Assembly (NCBI GenBank): GCA_043228905.1
Contig: JBHGNT010000007.1
Location: 1,860,001 to 1,924,000 of the forward strand
Direction of reading: 5' to 3'
DNA: 64,000 bases
Origin: Azolla caroliniana
Taxonomy: Eukaryota; Plantae; Polypodiophyta
The notes beneath the pieces are model-generated. The model saw only the letters and a list, made by a program, of their open reading frames with translations, did not search any database and had not been told where the DNA came from. The position numbers were made by a program, and so were the translations under genes. Of this stretch, positions 35,504 through 47,663 are shown piece by piece; within the stretch, counting starts at the first letter, position 1; every line of letters begins with the position of its first letter.

Positions 35504-37366
35504 TGCTTAACACCGACTCACGCACACGCACACGCACACACGCACAACCCGACTCACGCCTTAGGTACAAAAAACGCAGGAAAGGGTAAGCACCCGATGC
35601 CAACAACGACGCAAATATACACAGACAAACGTATATATATATATATATATAAAGGGAAGAATACATTCCCGGCGTCGAGCCGGACTGACGTAGGTTACAG
35701 TAGTCGTCTGTTGTCAAGCCGCCGTTGGGGAGCTCTCAACTCGTCACGCCGAGCGGGGTCTTGCACAGGAAGCCGAACCAAGCAAACCCTAAGCGAAACA
35801 CGCAGAAGGAGAAGAAGAAGAACCTAACTCTAAACCTAACGGTATACCCTCTAATGCAAAATGGGCAACCCTTACACAAAGGGCGTTCCCTTCCTTTTAT
35901 AGAACAAGGAAAGAGATGCGTTACAATGTGGGACAAATCCCGACTTACATGGGATCGTCTGTCCCGACTTGACTACTCTTCGGCGCCATAAAGGCGCCCT
36001 CGATATTCACAATAAATGTACACGGGTGCGTACACATGCTGCACCCCGTCGATGTAGCCAATATTCCTCGGTTTCTGCCTCTGGCCGAAATTCTTCACGA
36101 CATCCGCCCCCATTTAACTACACGTCCACCGGTACGTGCCAAATCCGGTTGAAGGGTGAGAGATTTCGGCCGGTGAGAAACCGGTCTTCCGTGATCCACA
36201 TCCCGGCTCGCTGTCGGTTCGACCCGTCGGCTTCGAATCTTCCTTCACGCTCGCCTCCCCGTAGGCTCGTTCGACCCATCGATGGGTCCTCTGCCGTGAT
36301 CTCCGTAGTACGCGTACTTCCGTTGGCCCTTGTTCGGCCGTATGAACGCCCCGCTTCCTGCCGTATGACCGATGTCCTCCGTTTGAGGAACGCCCGTAGC
36401 GGCCCGCTTGGCCTTCGTTGATAATTCGCGTCGTCCTGATTGCCGTCCCATGTCGTTTCGCGTTGCCCTCGTCCTTTCGCCGCCACCTTCCTTCTCCATG
36501 GTCTTACATCGCCGCATCGGCTCGAACCGCCATGGTCTCCGGAATAGTGTGGAGGATCCCTTCCTGGCCTGATCGTGCATCGCCGCTCACCCGCATACCG
36601 GTGTCCTTTGCATCCGAGGAACACCCCGTAGTAGCCCGCTTGGCCCTTCTCGTCTTCATGTTGCTGCAATAGGTCTTGAGTCTTTTGTTTGCCGTCGTCC
36701 CCTCGCCCCCACCTGCTTGTCATCTCGACTTGCCGTGTCAGTCTTCGCTACTTCAACGGAGCTACCGAGATCTACAAAGCGAGTGTGGAGGATCCTCCTC
36801 CGGTCTTTCTTGCCATCTCCTGACTCCGACCTTGTGCAGCCCACTAGGCACTTGTCACCTCGTTCCCGGCACCTCCCTTGTGCCGTCTTCCGCTTCCTTC
36901 GTTCGGCCCGCCCGCGCCGAACACCGTCCCGTAGTCACACTTCGATCCAGCCCGCGATGGCCACTTGCGAGACTCTTATTCCGTCCCAGGTGTGCCTTTC
37001 CGGCCCGACACACCTCCCCGTGTTTGCCCCTACCGGCTCCTTCCGAAACCTCGTGTTGTCGGGTCCCGTTCCCTGCCGCCACCGTCCTTCTCCCTCGGTC
37101 CCACGTTGCCACGTTGACCGAACTGCCAGGGTCTCCGGATCGGTGTGAGGGTCCCATAGGACCGGACTCCGCGTCTATGCTTGCCGAAATTCGGGTGGCT
37201 TTTGTTTGAGTCCCTCTCGGACTCTCCTCGTGTCTTCCGCGTAGTCGGGTCCCGTTTCCCGCCGCCACCAACCTTCTCCCTCGGTCTTACGTTGCCACGT
37301 TGGCTGAACTGCCGGAGTCTCCGGTTAAGTGTGGGGATCACGTAGGACCGGACTTCCTTACGCCCA

Positions 37367-38073
37367 TTGCCTTCGTCACCTCGCTGCCACCGTCAATATC
37401 TTGGTCTTACGTCGATCGTGTTGCCGACTGCCGAAGTCTCTAGAACCGGTGTGAAGGATCCTCCGCCAACTGCCCATCCGTACCCCTTTTGCCTTCGTCA
37501 CCTCGCCGCCACCGTCGGTATCTTGGTCTTACGTCGACCGCGTTGCCGACTGCCGAAGTCTCTAGAACCGGTGTGAAGGATCCTCCGCCGACCGCCCATC
37601 CGTACCCCTTTTGCCTTCGTCACCTCGCCGCCACCATCAGTATATTGGTCTTACGTCGACCGCGTTGCTGACTGCCGAAGTCTCTAGAACCGGTGTGAAG
37701 GATCCTCCGCTGACCGCCCATCCGTACCCCTTTTGCCTTCGTCACCTCGCCGCCACCGTCAGTATCTTGGTCTTACGTCGACCTCGTTGCCGACTGCCGA
37801 AGTCTCTAGAACCGGTGTGAAGGATCCTTCGCCGCCGCCCATCCGTACCCCTTTTGCCTTCGTCACCTCGCCGTCACCGTCAGTATCTTGGTCTTACGTC
37901 GACTGCGTTGCCGACTGCCGAAGTCTCTAGAACCGGTGTGAAGGATCCTTCGCCGACCGCCCATCCGTACCCCTTTTGCCTTCGTCACCTCGCCGCCACC
38001 GTCAGTATCTTGGTCTTACGTCGACCGCGTTGCCGACTGCCGAAGTCTCTAGAACCGGTGTGAAGGATCCTCC
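37367..38073. repeat. 122-bp tandem array (~5.8 copies) inside element E
   Basis: Units start at 37367, 37489, 37611, 37733, 37854 and 37976. Confidence 0.95.
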
Positions 38074-38961
38074 TTGGGCGTTCATCGCGTTCTCGACCCT
38101 GTCCCGGGTCGTCCTTTTCCGCATGCCGAGAGGGCGTTTTGTTTCGCACCCTCTCCCGTGGTATCGACGTATCGTCTCCTCGGCCTCTTCGTAGGCATGC
38201 TCTCTTCCTCCCTCCCGGAATGGTCATCCGGGAGTCCGCTCCGCCCGGTTCTCGTCCGGGTCCGTTCGTCCTTCTCCGGATCGCCGAGTCCCGTTCTCTT
38301 GTCGCCACCGATCTCTCTTATAGGACTCACGCCGGCAGTCGGGCCTGCAGCCGGATCGGTGTAAGGAATCCCATAGGACCGACTTTCATTCTCATTCCGA
38401 ATCTCGACCTTCGCCCGGTCGGTCTTTCTCCCCATGTAAAAGAGGGCGGCTCGTCCCGCACCCTCTCCCGTGTCGGCTTCTTTATGCCAAGTCCGGCCCC
38501 GATCGAACAATCCACGACCGGATCACGCTCCACCCGTATCGGAATGCTGATCTTCTCGTGCCGCTTCCGTCCTCGGCCTCCTCGTAGGTCGTTTCCCATC
38601 CTTCTTCGCTGGCATCGTGCCAGGACTCCTCGGTACCGCCACCCATCTCCTCGGTCTTACATGGGCATACGGGCCCGAATGTCGAGTTCTCCGGAATCGG
38701 GTCCGTGGGCTTTCGTCCGCTCCTTCCCCGTATCGTCTCGCCGGTGATTCTTGCCCTTTCGCCGCCCTCTTCCTCCGCTTGGGACTCACGTGGGCACTCG
38801 GGCCCGACTGCCATCGTCTCGGGAGCAAGTGCGGGAAGACACAAAGAATCGCCCGTCCGTTTTACGCCCTTGTCCGTAGCCACCGACTCTTCGTGGTTGG
38901 CGGTCGTCTTCTTACCGATCGCGCAAGCCCCGTCTGGGCTCGCTTCTCCAATGATCGGGAC

Positions 38962-39921
38962 CTAGGGCTGACACGCCCGAAACCGCTGGTCCCAATGATC
39001 CGATTCCGCGATCTGCATCTCGGCCTCGTCCTTGGCCGTTCTATCTCCGCAAGTCGAGAGGGCGTTTTGTTTCGCACCCTCTCCCGTGGTACCGTGGTAC
39101 CGATCTTCCGTCGTCACGTGGGGCAAGTCCGTTTCCTCGGTCTCGGCTTCCGGCCTCGATCTTCCCTCTTCCTCGAGCATCGCTTTGAGAGCTGCGTACG
39201 CCTCCGCAATCCTGGCCCCAACGCCGACCCTTGCCGACTCTCTTTGCCGTTCGGCCTCTTCCCGCTGTGATGGCACGCCGTCGCGTACCTTCCTCTTAGC
39301 CTTCTCGGCTCGTTCATTGTCTAGCCGTTGGCACACCTTTCCGACCTTCGACCAGTCCTCCGTAAGCCCATTCGCTCCATCATCGTCTTCGAGCTCAATC
39401 CCGATGGCTTCCCGTTCCGCTCGGTCGATCGACCTGACGAACAATAGGACCTTGTCCGCCCCCACCAAACCTTGCTCCCGCTCTGGGAGCCGAGCAAGCC
39501 ATCGCTCGAACTCCCGGAACGCCTTCGTCGTGCCTCGATGGGTCTTCACCGATGCTACCCACTGGTCGAAGTCGTGTCGTCCCTGGCTCTTCCGCCGTCC
39601 TCCGTATGCCTTCAGGAGCGCCTCTTCGAAGGCCTCCCGCGAACTATGAGCCTCACGGAGCTCCTTTATTTCCGCATGCATCCGGACAACCACGACCTGA
39701 CAGAAGAACTCCAGCCTCAACGCCTCGTCTACGCCACGCTCCTCCATTTCCGTGTTGTAGGCTTCCAAGTAAGATGGGACTTTGTCCCCGTTGAAACGGC
39801 CGACTCTTTCGACCACTCGCTCAACCGCTTGTTGCACTGCTTCTCGCCTCATCACCACTCGAGCCGACTCCAACACCACTTCGGCCACCATCTCCGCAAG
39901 GTCGTCGTCTTCCGACTCCAT
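38962..39921 (-). pseudogene. Element E Gag-like ORF (319 aa); downstream tail broken by stops and frameshifts
   Basis: RREAVQQAVERVVERVGRFNGDKVPSYLEAY...VGADKVLLF...DDDGANGLTEDW aligns clearly with the N-terminus of the 1287-aa protein. Confidence 0.85.
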
Positions 39922-40088
39922 CCTCCCTTGCCGCCTTTCACGTCAGGCTCACCAAATATGTCGCGTTGTTACGCGCGTGCGTGGAGAAAGGCGGGACCAC
40001 GGGGGTCATGGACTAGAGAGTGATGGAGCGTAGGAAGTCGTGCTTCCCTGTTTCTGGGGCATCCCAGAGACACACCGGAAGCAACCGA

Positions 40089-40130
<42 letters not shown>

Positions 40131-40962
40131 TGCTTAACACCGACTCACGCACACGCACACGCACACGCACACAACCCGACTCACGCCTTATGTACAGAAA
40201 ATGCAGGAAAGGGTAAGCACCTGACGCCAACAACGACGCGAATATACACAGACAAACGTATATATATATATATAAAGGGAAGAATACATTCCCGGCGTCG
40301 AGCCGGACTGACGTAGGTTACAGTAGTCGTCTGCTGTCAAGCCGCCGTTGGGGAGCTCTCAGCTCGTCGCGCCGAGCGGGGTCTTGCACAGGAGGCTGAA
40401 CCAAGCAAACCCTAAGCGAAACACGTAGAAGGAGAAGAAGAAGAACCTAACTCTAAACCTAACGGTATACCCTCTAATGCAAAATGGGCAACCCTTACAC
40501 AAAGGGCGTTCCCTTCCTTTTATAGAACAAGGAAAGAGATGCGTTACAATGTGGGACAAATCCCGACTTACATGGGATCGTCTGTCCCGACTTGACTACT
40601 CTTCGGCGCCATAAAGGCGCCCTCGATATTCACACTAAATGTACACGGGTGCGTACACAGGTTGCACCCCGCCGATGTAGCCAATGTTCCCCGGTTTCCG
40701 CCTCTGGCCGAAATTCTTCACGACAACGGACAGAGCTTACTCCTATGATAGTACTTTCGCTCAGAATGATCTAGGTATCCCCCCCCTTGTCGAGGTACGC
40801 AGACCTCGGTTTATATACTTTTTCTTCATACAGAGTTGAGCCGTTGGCTGACTGTGAGGCTCAAAACTCGGCGTTTTCCTAAACTCTACCTTCCTCACCT
40901 ACTAACCTTACCTACCGGCGTATTATATTTAACTAATTTATCTTTTTGTCCCATGGACAACA

Positions 40963-43955
40963 GGTGGACACTCCACAGGGGGAACCTCTTGCTTGCTTGA
41001 GGACCGAAAGTACATTCACTGTACTCATCATATGTCACACTCAGAGAGGGTGACTTGTTCCTAGTTGATATTCTTGTGTCATCATTATGGCATGGATGAC
41101 TCAGACACCTCAGTAAGGCCGACATCACGCATTTTTCCAGAGCCAGATATATCCCCAAACTCTCCTTCTCCGATCATCAATTCTACGAGCATTGCTAGTA
41201 TGGCAAACAAATAGTTGCATCACACCCGACATCAACATTGACAAAATCAAGTCCACTTGGACGTATGTGGTCCTATGCCACATTAGTCTCTTGGTGGTGC
41301 CTTGTACTTGTTTAGGTTTATCAACGACTAGACTCACAAGGTGTGGGCTTATCCGATCAAAACCAAAGATCAGGTGTTCTTGATTATTTCCGAATGGCTC
41401 GCTACATTAGAGAACTAGTCCGGTCAAAAGCTGAAATGCATTCGAATCGATAATGGAGGAGAGTTCAAGTCTGAAGAATTCGTCAAATTTTGCCAACATC
41501 GTGGCATTCAACGTGAATATATGACACCCCACAATCCGAACCAGAATGAAATTGCCAAGCGAATGAATCGGATAACTCAAGAAAGGATAATATACATGCT
41601 CCAACGCTATGGACCGTCGAATGGCTTCTAGGCAGAGGCCCTACTAATGGCAGTGCACATAATCAATATGTCACCGAGTAGGCCTCTTGGACTTCGAATA
41701 CCTTAGGAATTATGGACTGACAGTAAGCTGAATTATGACAAGTTGAGGACTTTCGGATGTGAGGCATATGCCCTCATACTAAAAGACGACCGCCACAAAC
41801 TTGCACCAAGGACTAGGAAATGCATTTTCCTCAATTATGGACCAGACGACGAGTTCGGATACCGACTCTGGGACCCCGAGCACAGACAGATCGTCTAAAG
41901 TTCGGATGTAGTGTGCAATGAGTCGGCTATGCATAAGACAACCGAAAGGCCTATTGAAGTCCGAAGGGTAGTTTTCTCAAACGTGCCAACCCTTCACGAA
42001 GGCCAAGCCCATAACACAAGGTCGGTTGCACGGGTAACCGAATCCTCAAGCTACAACTCGGCAACGATCAACTCGGCACAACCAAATGATTCGGCTTTGG
42101 ATCATCCGACTCCGACACCCGATGTGATCAGTCCAGTCATACCTCGAAGATCCGAGACAATGTCGCAACCCCCAGAGAGATACTCTCCTGGAATCTTCTT
42201 TACGGATGTTGGCAAACCGATGTCACATGCAAATTTGACCACATGGCATTTGGCGATGGAGTTAGAAATGAACTCCATTCGAGCAAACAAAACTTGGGAC
42301 TTGGTTAAATTACAAAAGAATCAACGTGCTCTTCCATGCAAATGGGTCTATCGAATTAAAGAGACGTTTGATTCAGCCGCCCCAAAGTACAAGGCCAGGC
42401 TAGTCGCAAAGGGTTTCCGATAGCAATATGGTGTCGACTTCCACGAAATTTTTTCACAAGTGGTGAAAATGACTACCCTTCAATTTCTACTCGATGTCAT
42501 GCCCACTGGGGATTTGGAGCTTATACATTTAGATGTGAAGATGATCTTCCTCCATGGCGACTTAGAGGAAATTTATATGGAGCAGCCAAAAGGCTTTGTA
42601 GTATCTAGCCAGGAACATCTAGTCTATCGACTCAAGAAGAGTCTTGTTGAGAGACAAGCTCAACATCGGCCAGATCAACTGAGCAAGCCGAGGACCGGAT
42701 CGGTTGGGACCAATCGGTTAGGCCGAATCGGTACTGGTACGCAGACCGGTGCGTAGGAAGGCCGGATCGGTGCAGAAACTGTGAGGCTATCGGAAAGATA
42801 TTCCGTAAGGAATATATTTGGGAGTTAGTGTAGGGGCTCCTTAATGAGCATTGAAGTACTATCAGTACTTCTGTCAGTCCGAAAAGGACTTGTATAAAAG
42901 TGTTCATTGAACACACACAATGTACAGATTGAGTATTATTTTGAATATGTTCTGGTTTTTACTCTCTCTCTGTCTCTCCCGTGCGTACTGTGCAAACCTA
43001 AGTTTTCCATTAAACCTATGTTTTCTGTTGTTCAGTTTCCTATATTGCTTCCGCACGCCATTCTTTTCAAGTCTCTATGGTCTCAAGTAGGCACCAAGGC
43101 AATGGTACAATAAGTTCGATGACTTTATCTAGTCGATCGGCTTCTCTAAGAGCGATGAGGACCCCTGCCTCTTCACGAAAACAACTCAAGTTGGGTCACC
43201 CATCTTCCTCATCTATATGTGTATGACATTCTAACAGACATGCTGGAGAGCTTGTCGATCTTGTTCGGCAACTGCGGTTGAAGTTTGCAATGAAGGACCT
43301 ACGTCCTGCTCGACACATTCTCGGTATGAAGTTTAGTCGGCTCCGAAATCAACGACAACTATTCTTGTCTCAAGCCGACTACATTAGACGTGTCTTACAA
43401 CACTTCAACATACAATTAGCAAAATCTGCTTTGACCCCACTCCCCATTAATCTTCGGCTATCTCAGCGAGATTGCTCGTCATCCGGTCCGAAGGGGGAAT
43501 ATATGAAGTCGGTACCATATGCACTAGTAGTTGGCTCCTTGATGTACGCGATGGTCGCGACATGGCCTGACATTGCTCATGTCGTAGGAGTCATCAGCGG
43601 ATTCATGCACAACCCAGGATGATCGCACTAGAATGCAGTTAAGCATGTATTCAGATACCTGGTGGACACACAAGACCTTGGCATTCTCTTCGGTCTGAAC
43701 TAAAACTCGGGCGTAATCAGTTACACCGACTCAAATTTTGTTGGTTGTGTGGACAACCGAATATTGCTTCAAATTCGGCAATGGAGCAATTTCGTGGAAA
43801 TCGAAAATTCAGGAGTGCATTGCTACATCAACAATCGAGGCCGAATATGTAGTCGCGTCCAATGCAGTGAAAGCGACTTTATGGCTCGGTCAACTAGCGC
43901 ACACGTTTCGACAAAGCCGACTCCGACTCGGCTCCGGTGGTCTACAACAACAGTT
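40963..43955 (+). mobile_element. Copia element H internal region (integrase, RT, RNase H), heavily degenerate
   Basis: LKCIRIDNGGEF, ALPCKWVYRIK, YKARLVAKGF, DVKMIFLHGDLEE, SVPYALVVGSLMYAMV, GAISWKSK, STIEAEYV; many stops. Confidence 0.88.
42645..43069 (+). mobile_element. Solo LTR (425 bp) related to the copia B LTR
   Basis: TGTTGAGAGACAAGCTCAAC...TTTTCA with perfect 5-bp TSD AGTCT. Removing it restores RLKKS-LYGLK in copia H RT. Confidence 0.92.
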
Positions 43956-44394
43956 AGTCAGCGCACGAGCTCACTACTGCGAGCGAAGGTATTGCACAAG
44001 TGATAGCGAACAATCCTTCAAAAACTTCCCCTAAAAACCCTATAACTTCCAACCCTAAAATGATGATCCCCGAAACAATCCGCACTCCTCCCTTTTTATA
44101 GCCTCTCAAGGAGAGGGCTCTCGTCACATCTGGCAGTTATGAGAGTTGTTTCCATGTCAACGATCTTTTCCCATGATATCGTCCCCTCACCTACCCCTTA
44201 TTCCTCCCTTTTCGTGCGACTTAAAGTATCCATTACAATATACCCTTTTTTGTACTTCCTATCTACCTTCCATTTTACCCCTTGTTTTTGTAATGTTTGT
44301 ACATAAATTCCCCCCTTTTGTGTGCACATGTGCACATGTCCAACTTCTCCGCTTCCAATAGATTTTCTCACTGTTGCCGGAATCCTTCACGACA
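43956..44394 (-). mobile_element. Element G: partial LTR of the F/E family
   Basis: Minus strand starts TGTCGTGAAG as in F and E, with CTATAAAAAGG TATA and TAGGGTT motifs; flank ACGG. Left boundary approximate. Confidence 0.65.
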
Positions 44395-44505
44395 ACGGTG
44401 ACATATAACAATAAATAAAAGATAATAAAAAACTATTAAAACCTTCTTGAGGGCATGTTGAACCAACATTGCAACATTTTTTAGTTTCAGAACATCCTCA
44501 ACACT

Positions 44506-44652
44506 GTCATGTGTAGTGTATTGCTTATAGGAATGCTTCTCATTAGATATTTCAGTCATGTGTAGTGTATTGCTTATAGGAATGCTTCTCATTAGATATT
44601 TCAGTCATGTGTAGTGTATTGCTTATAGGAATGCTTCTCATTAGATATTTCA
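44506..44652. repeat. 49-bp perfect tandem repeat, 3 copies
   Basis: gtcatgtgtagtgtattgcttataggaatgcttctcattagatatttca x3. Confidence 0.95.
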
Positions 44653-46700
44653 CTAAGGTCTGACTAATTGTGCACATGCCTATGAGACATTTTCATTTAC
44701 AAAACAAGGGACAATGCAATGCTGATTCTCTTACACAGGCTACAGTTTGATATTGGTGAGCTACCAATGCTATGTTTAACAATCATTTGTTTTTAGCTCC
44801 TTAGGTAGGCTAAGTTGAAATTGAGAACATTTGTTCCTCTTTTACACAGTTTCCCAGCTTTCAGTTATTGCCCATGGAGTTTCATAGTTGGCATGACATA
44901 CACATGCAATGAGCTAGACTTTGTCTGAAGAAACTTCTGTTGCCTTGAGCTGTTTGGTTCACTTGTGGTTGAGGCATAGTTTGATTTCCCATTAACCATC
45001 CAATAATTGTGTGCAGAAGACATCTGAGATTAGGTGCAATCCCTGCAAGAATCCTAGTCAGTGCGGGGTATATACACTTTTCATTAAAAGATAACTATCC
45101 TGCACGTACATTTCACCATATGTGCCCTTTATAATGTAGGTTTCATGATCATTCAGAGCAATTATTCAGGAAATTAGCACATAGCATCAGCCAGTCAATT
45201 GAATAATGCTTCTGCTTGATCATCTAAACAAAGCCAGGAACTTAAAGCATAGCAGTGATCATCCACAAGACAAATTCGATGCCAACTCTCAAACATTAGT
45301 ATGCTTCAGAAGTTTCATTGCAAGGCAACAATTTGAGTGGCAACTAAACAAGACTAACGTTAGAATCACATAGCAGAACTTGAGCATACAAACAGAAAAC
45401 AGAAAACTTCTAGCACTAACAGCATTTCTGAAATTCTGACCATTGAAGCCTCAAATCCTCATATTTTGTATAAGGATAAATTGTTCATTTTATTACAAAT
45501 GAATGAACACAAAACATAAAACTTGCTAATATGAACAGTATTTCTGATCATTCAAGCCTAAAAATCCACATATTTAGGGGAACAAAACTTGTTTAAGCCT
45601 ATCAAGAATCTTTAAGAACTGATTCAACAACACGGAAAATTTGCTGACACTAACCAATCAATCCCCATACTTTGTGCATGGAGAAATCTGTTCAGGCCTA
45701 CAATAATTTACGGAATCCCTATGCTAAGATGAATTGACTTCTTATCTGTATAGATTATTTGATTCCTAATAATCAAAGAAATTTCGGATAATTCCACTGA
45801 GAGTACTCTTCCATTTTGTTTCATTATCCACTGTAATCTACTTATCTCGCAAGGAGAAACAAGGTCTTAAAGCAAACGAAGTTCTAGCTCTACCAGAAGA
45901 AATAAATATGAAATCCACAAATATGACTCTATATGATCTACTACATAAGGAAGCTCAGACTCCATTAAAGCAAACAAACAAATAAAAAAGAACAAATTTG
46001 ATCTCTGAAACTAACAAACATCCAAGTACATATCTCCGATATGAAAGAAATAAGGCCCATCTCTCTCAAAACAAAAACAAAGAAAAGAAGGCAAACAAAA
46101 AATGCAAGTACAGACAATTTTCTTCTGATTACTTGTGTGATTGAAACTTCAAAGAAATGTATTTGACAGGATACGATTAGTCTGCTGAGATTTGAAACAA
46201 TACACGAAAGAACTACAGAAATGAGATGGAGGGAGGGAGGTTGGAGAAAAACGTAAAGAGAAAAAAATCAAGCAGAATTTAAAGAGAGAGCAGTCAAGTA
46301 TGAATCAAGAGAATGGATTCAAGCAGGAATCAAAAGAGAAGAATATATAAAACAAAAAGATCATTTCAAACAAAGATCAAAGAGAGGAAGTCGTGAGGAA
46401 TTAAAGCAGAAACCGCATGGAGAAATTTCCAACAGAAATCAAAGAGAGAAAACCAATCCGATTTCAAATAGATACAGTTAGAAGAGTGAAAATTACAGCA
46501 GAATTGGCAGAAAGAAAATCAAGCAAAATTGAAAGAGGTAAATTTTAAACATAAATAAAAGAGTGAAAAGAAAAGCATAAATAGCAGACATTTCAGTGCG
46601 AAAATCTAGCAGAAAATAAAAAAGAGATTCAAATAGAGGGCATTTCATCGATTTCATGGCCCAATTTATTAATCCTGATGAAAGGGCACATGCCGAGAAT

Positions 46701-47190
46701 TAGCAATGGGCACGGTTCGGTTCGGTTTCAAGGCAAAGAAATCGAACCGAACCGTTTATATAAAACAAAAACCAAATCTAACCGTTTAGGGAAAAGTTGA
46801 AAACCAAACCGAACCATTTAATAAAAGATTTAAACCTAACTATTTACATAAAACTAATTAAACATCTAAATAAATAAAAATACATTAAATTAAATAAGTA
46901 TTTAAGTTAAATTTATTAAATCAATAAGAGAAACTTTAATTAAACCATTAAATTAAATAAACATTTAAGTTAAATTAATTAAATCAATAAAAAACTATTA
47001 ATTAAACCATTAAATTAATAAATTATTAAGATAAAAAAAAAGTTAACAAAAAACCTATAAACCCGAGTTTTAGAACCAAACCAAACCAAAACCGAACGGT
47101 TTATCGAAAATCCAAACCAAACCGAACCATTCAAAATTTTTGGAACCAATAAACCGGTTCGGTTCAAGCCGAAACCGTGCCCCATTGATA
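46701..47190. mobile_element. Non-autonomous hAT-type MITE related to the one at 2788-3270
   Basis: TIR TAGCAATGGGCACGGTT / AACCGTGCCCCATTGATA. 8-bp TSD ccgagaat / ccaagaat. AACCG subterminal repeats. Confidence 0.85.
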
Positions 47191-47663
47191 CCAAGAATAA
47201 TTTTCTCATATCTTTTTTGCGTTGTTTCCATGGCTACCTACTACATACACATCATCTCGATCTGATGTTACACAATGATATGATGATGTTTACATAAGTA
47301 AAATTGAGAGGAGCTCTTTTGTCCACGCCCTGTGGAATGGAAACTAAAGACTCAATTCATATTCTCAATGCCTCAATAGTAAATGAAGCAGCCTGTTTGG
47401 TCCGAGAGGGGGAAAAAAAGAAACGAAATGTCCGGGCCGGGCCGGAAACGGAAACGGAAACACGAGGGTCGAGCCCCGACAACACGACCGGGTCCGGGAC
47501 CGCCACGACAGCGGCCGTCTCCAATCAGCGACCGACACGTGTCTTCTTCTCCTTCTTTCTTCCCTTCATCCTTCGTAGATCACCTGTGTGTGTCTAGAGA
47601 CTACTGTCTGTTTGTCTGTTTGTCTGTCTGTGTGACGATGAGCCAGTGAGTGGTGAGTGAGAT

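Larger units (their letters stand above)
35326..40725 (-). mobile_element. Element E: older, decayed member of the same Gag-only LTR family as F
   Basis: LTRs 39959-40725 (5') and 35326-36102 (3'), similar with scattered substitutions. PBS TGGTGAGCCTGACGTGAA at 39937-39954; PPT tgggggcgga. Flanks ACGT/ACGG. No pol motifs. Confidence 0.9.
34991..40962 (-). mobile_element. 5' LTR of gypsy D (34991-35325 plus 40730-40962), split by element E
   Basis: Minus strand TGTTGTCC...GCCACCA, followed by a degenerate (T)GGCGCCC-type PBS and then gag. The right end abuts copia H coding sequence. Confidence 0.6.
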
